A stretch of DNA of 64,000 nucleotides from the NCBI GenBank assembly GCA_040222015.1, contig JAVJWO010000179.1, positions 1 through 64,000 on the forward strand, read 5' to 3'. The notes under the pieces are model-generated. The model searched no databases, was not told the origin of the DNA, and saw nothing but the letters and a program-made list of their open reading frames with translations. This document shows, piece after piece, positions 63,399-64,000 of the stretch. Origin of the DNA: Coleofasciculus chthonoplastes F2-STO-03 (GTDB taxonomy: Bacteria; Cyanobacteriota; Cyanobacteriia; Cyanobacteriales; Coleofasciculaceae). Position numbers and translations under genes: made by a program. Position 1 is the stretch's first letter; every line of letters begins with the position of its first letter.

Positions 63399-63533
63399 TA
63401 GTGAACCAGTCTTTTTGTGATTTAGGTTGAGTCCCAGTGAGCCGCGACCCTTGATCAGTGACCCGTTGCTATTGCCAGGGGTTCACTCAGGGTTACGATG
63501 CTGCACTGGAGTAGACAGATGATTATTGTACCT

Positions 63534-63570
63534 GTTAATGCAATTAATTCTTAATTGAGTTCTAATTAGA
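63534..63570. promoter_or_regulatory. Candidate Fur box upstream of futA
   Basis: AT-rich TAATGCAATTAATTCTTAATTGAG upstream of an iron-uptake gene. Confidence 0.4.
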
Positions 63571-63690
63571 GGCTGTTGAATAAGTATTGTGGTGGGGAGA
63601 GGCAACTCTTAACAGGGAACAGGGAACAGTTTCAACCCCCTGTTGAGTGCCTTTTTACTGGACGTATGTACTGATAGGGAGGATAATCTG

Positions 63691-64000
63691 TTGGCAGACG
63701 ATCGCGCTTATTGGTTAGCTTGGTCACAAGTCCCGCGTGTGGGACCGGTGTTACTGCGACGCCTACAGCAGCATTTTGACACATTAGCAGAGGCTTGGGC
63801 GTCTCCAGCGAGGGAGTTGGGTCAAGTGGAAGGGTTTGGGCGGCAATTAGTTCAGGCTGTGGAGAAGACGCGATCGCACCTCAATCCCCAACAGTTTCTG
63901 GAACAACACTGTATCAAAAATCCCTGTTTCTGGACACCTGCTGATCCGGATTATCCCCGCTTATTGTTAGAGATTCCCAGTCCACCGCCTGTATTGTACT
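63691..64000 (+). CDS. dprA: DNA-processing protein DprA, 5' part
   Basis: GGAGG then TTG; MADDRAYWLAWSQVPRVGPVLLRRLQQHF...DPDYPRLLLEIPSPPPVLY. Confidence 0.9.
   Translation, partial: MADDRAYWLAWSQVPRVGPVLLRRLQQHFDTLAEAWASPARELGQVEGFGRQLVQAVEKTRSHLNPQQFLEQHCIKNPCFWTPADPDYPRLLLEIPSPPPVLY

Overview
Chromosomal window from a filamentous cyanobacterium (dense HIP1 GCGATCGC octamers, STRR heptamer repeats, psaC, chlI, hox); the repeat content and adhE-hox linkage suggest an Oscillatoriales mat-former, which is an inference. Core genes: ispE, rsmA, adhE-hoxEFUYH, eda, hik34, murE, tRNA-Arg(UCU), chlI, mlaF/mlaD-like, psaC, glmS, several two-component kinases, futA and dprA (partial). The most notable content is a set of IS200/IS605 (OMEGA) parts. 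(i) An ORF-less ~450-bp cassette between hoxE and hoxF has a sigma70-like promoter, a BoxA-like motif, ~300 nt of dense hairpins and an IS605 right end (GAAT-hairpin-TCAA); that end supplies the hoxE stop codon and would read a guide antisense to hoxE. (ii) An omegaRNA+IsrB element sits between psaC and glmS, frameshifted by a 49-bp small-repeat insertion. (iii) A TnpB at the window edge has a left-end hairpin homologous, with compensatory changes, to that of the IsrB element. The window also shows a nuclease-fold/NACHT/WD40 gene split by one stop codon, EAD/trypsin-like remnants, a P450 with a microhomology deletion, reciprocal gene fragments and several MITE families. All calls come from reading the sequence; no searches or folding programs were run.
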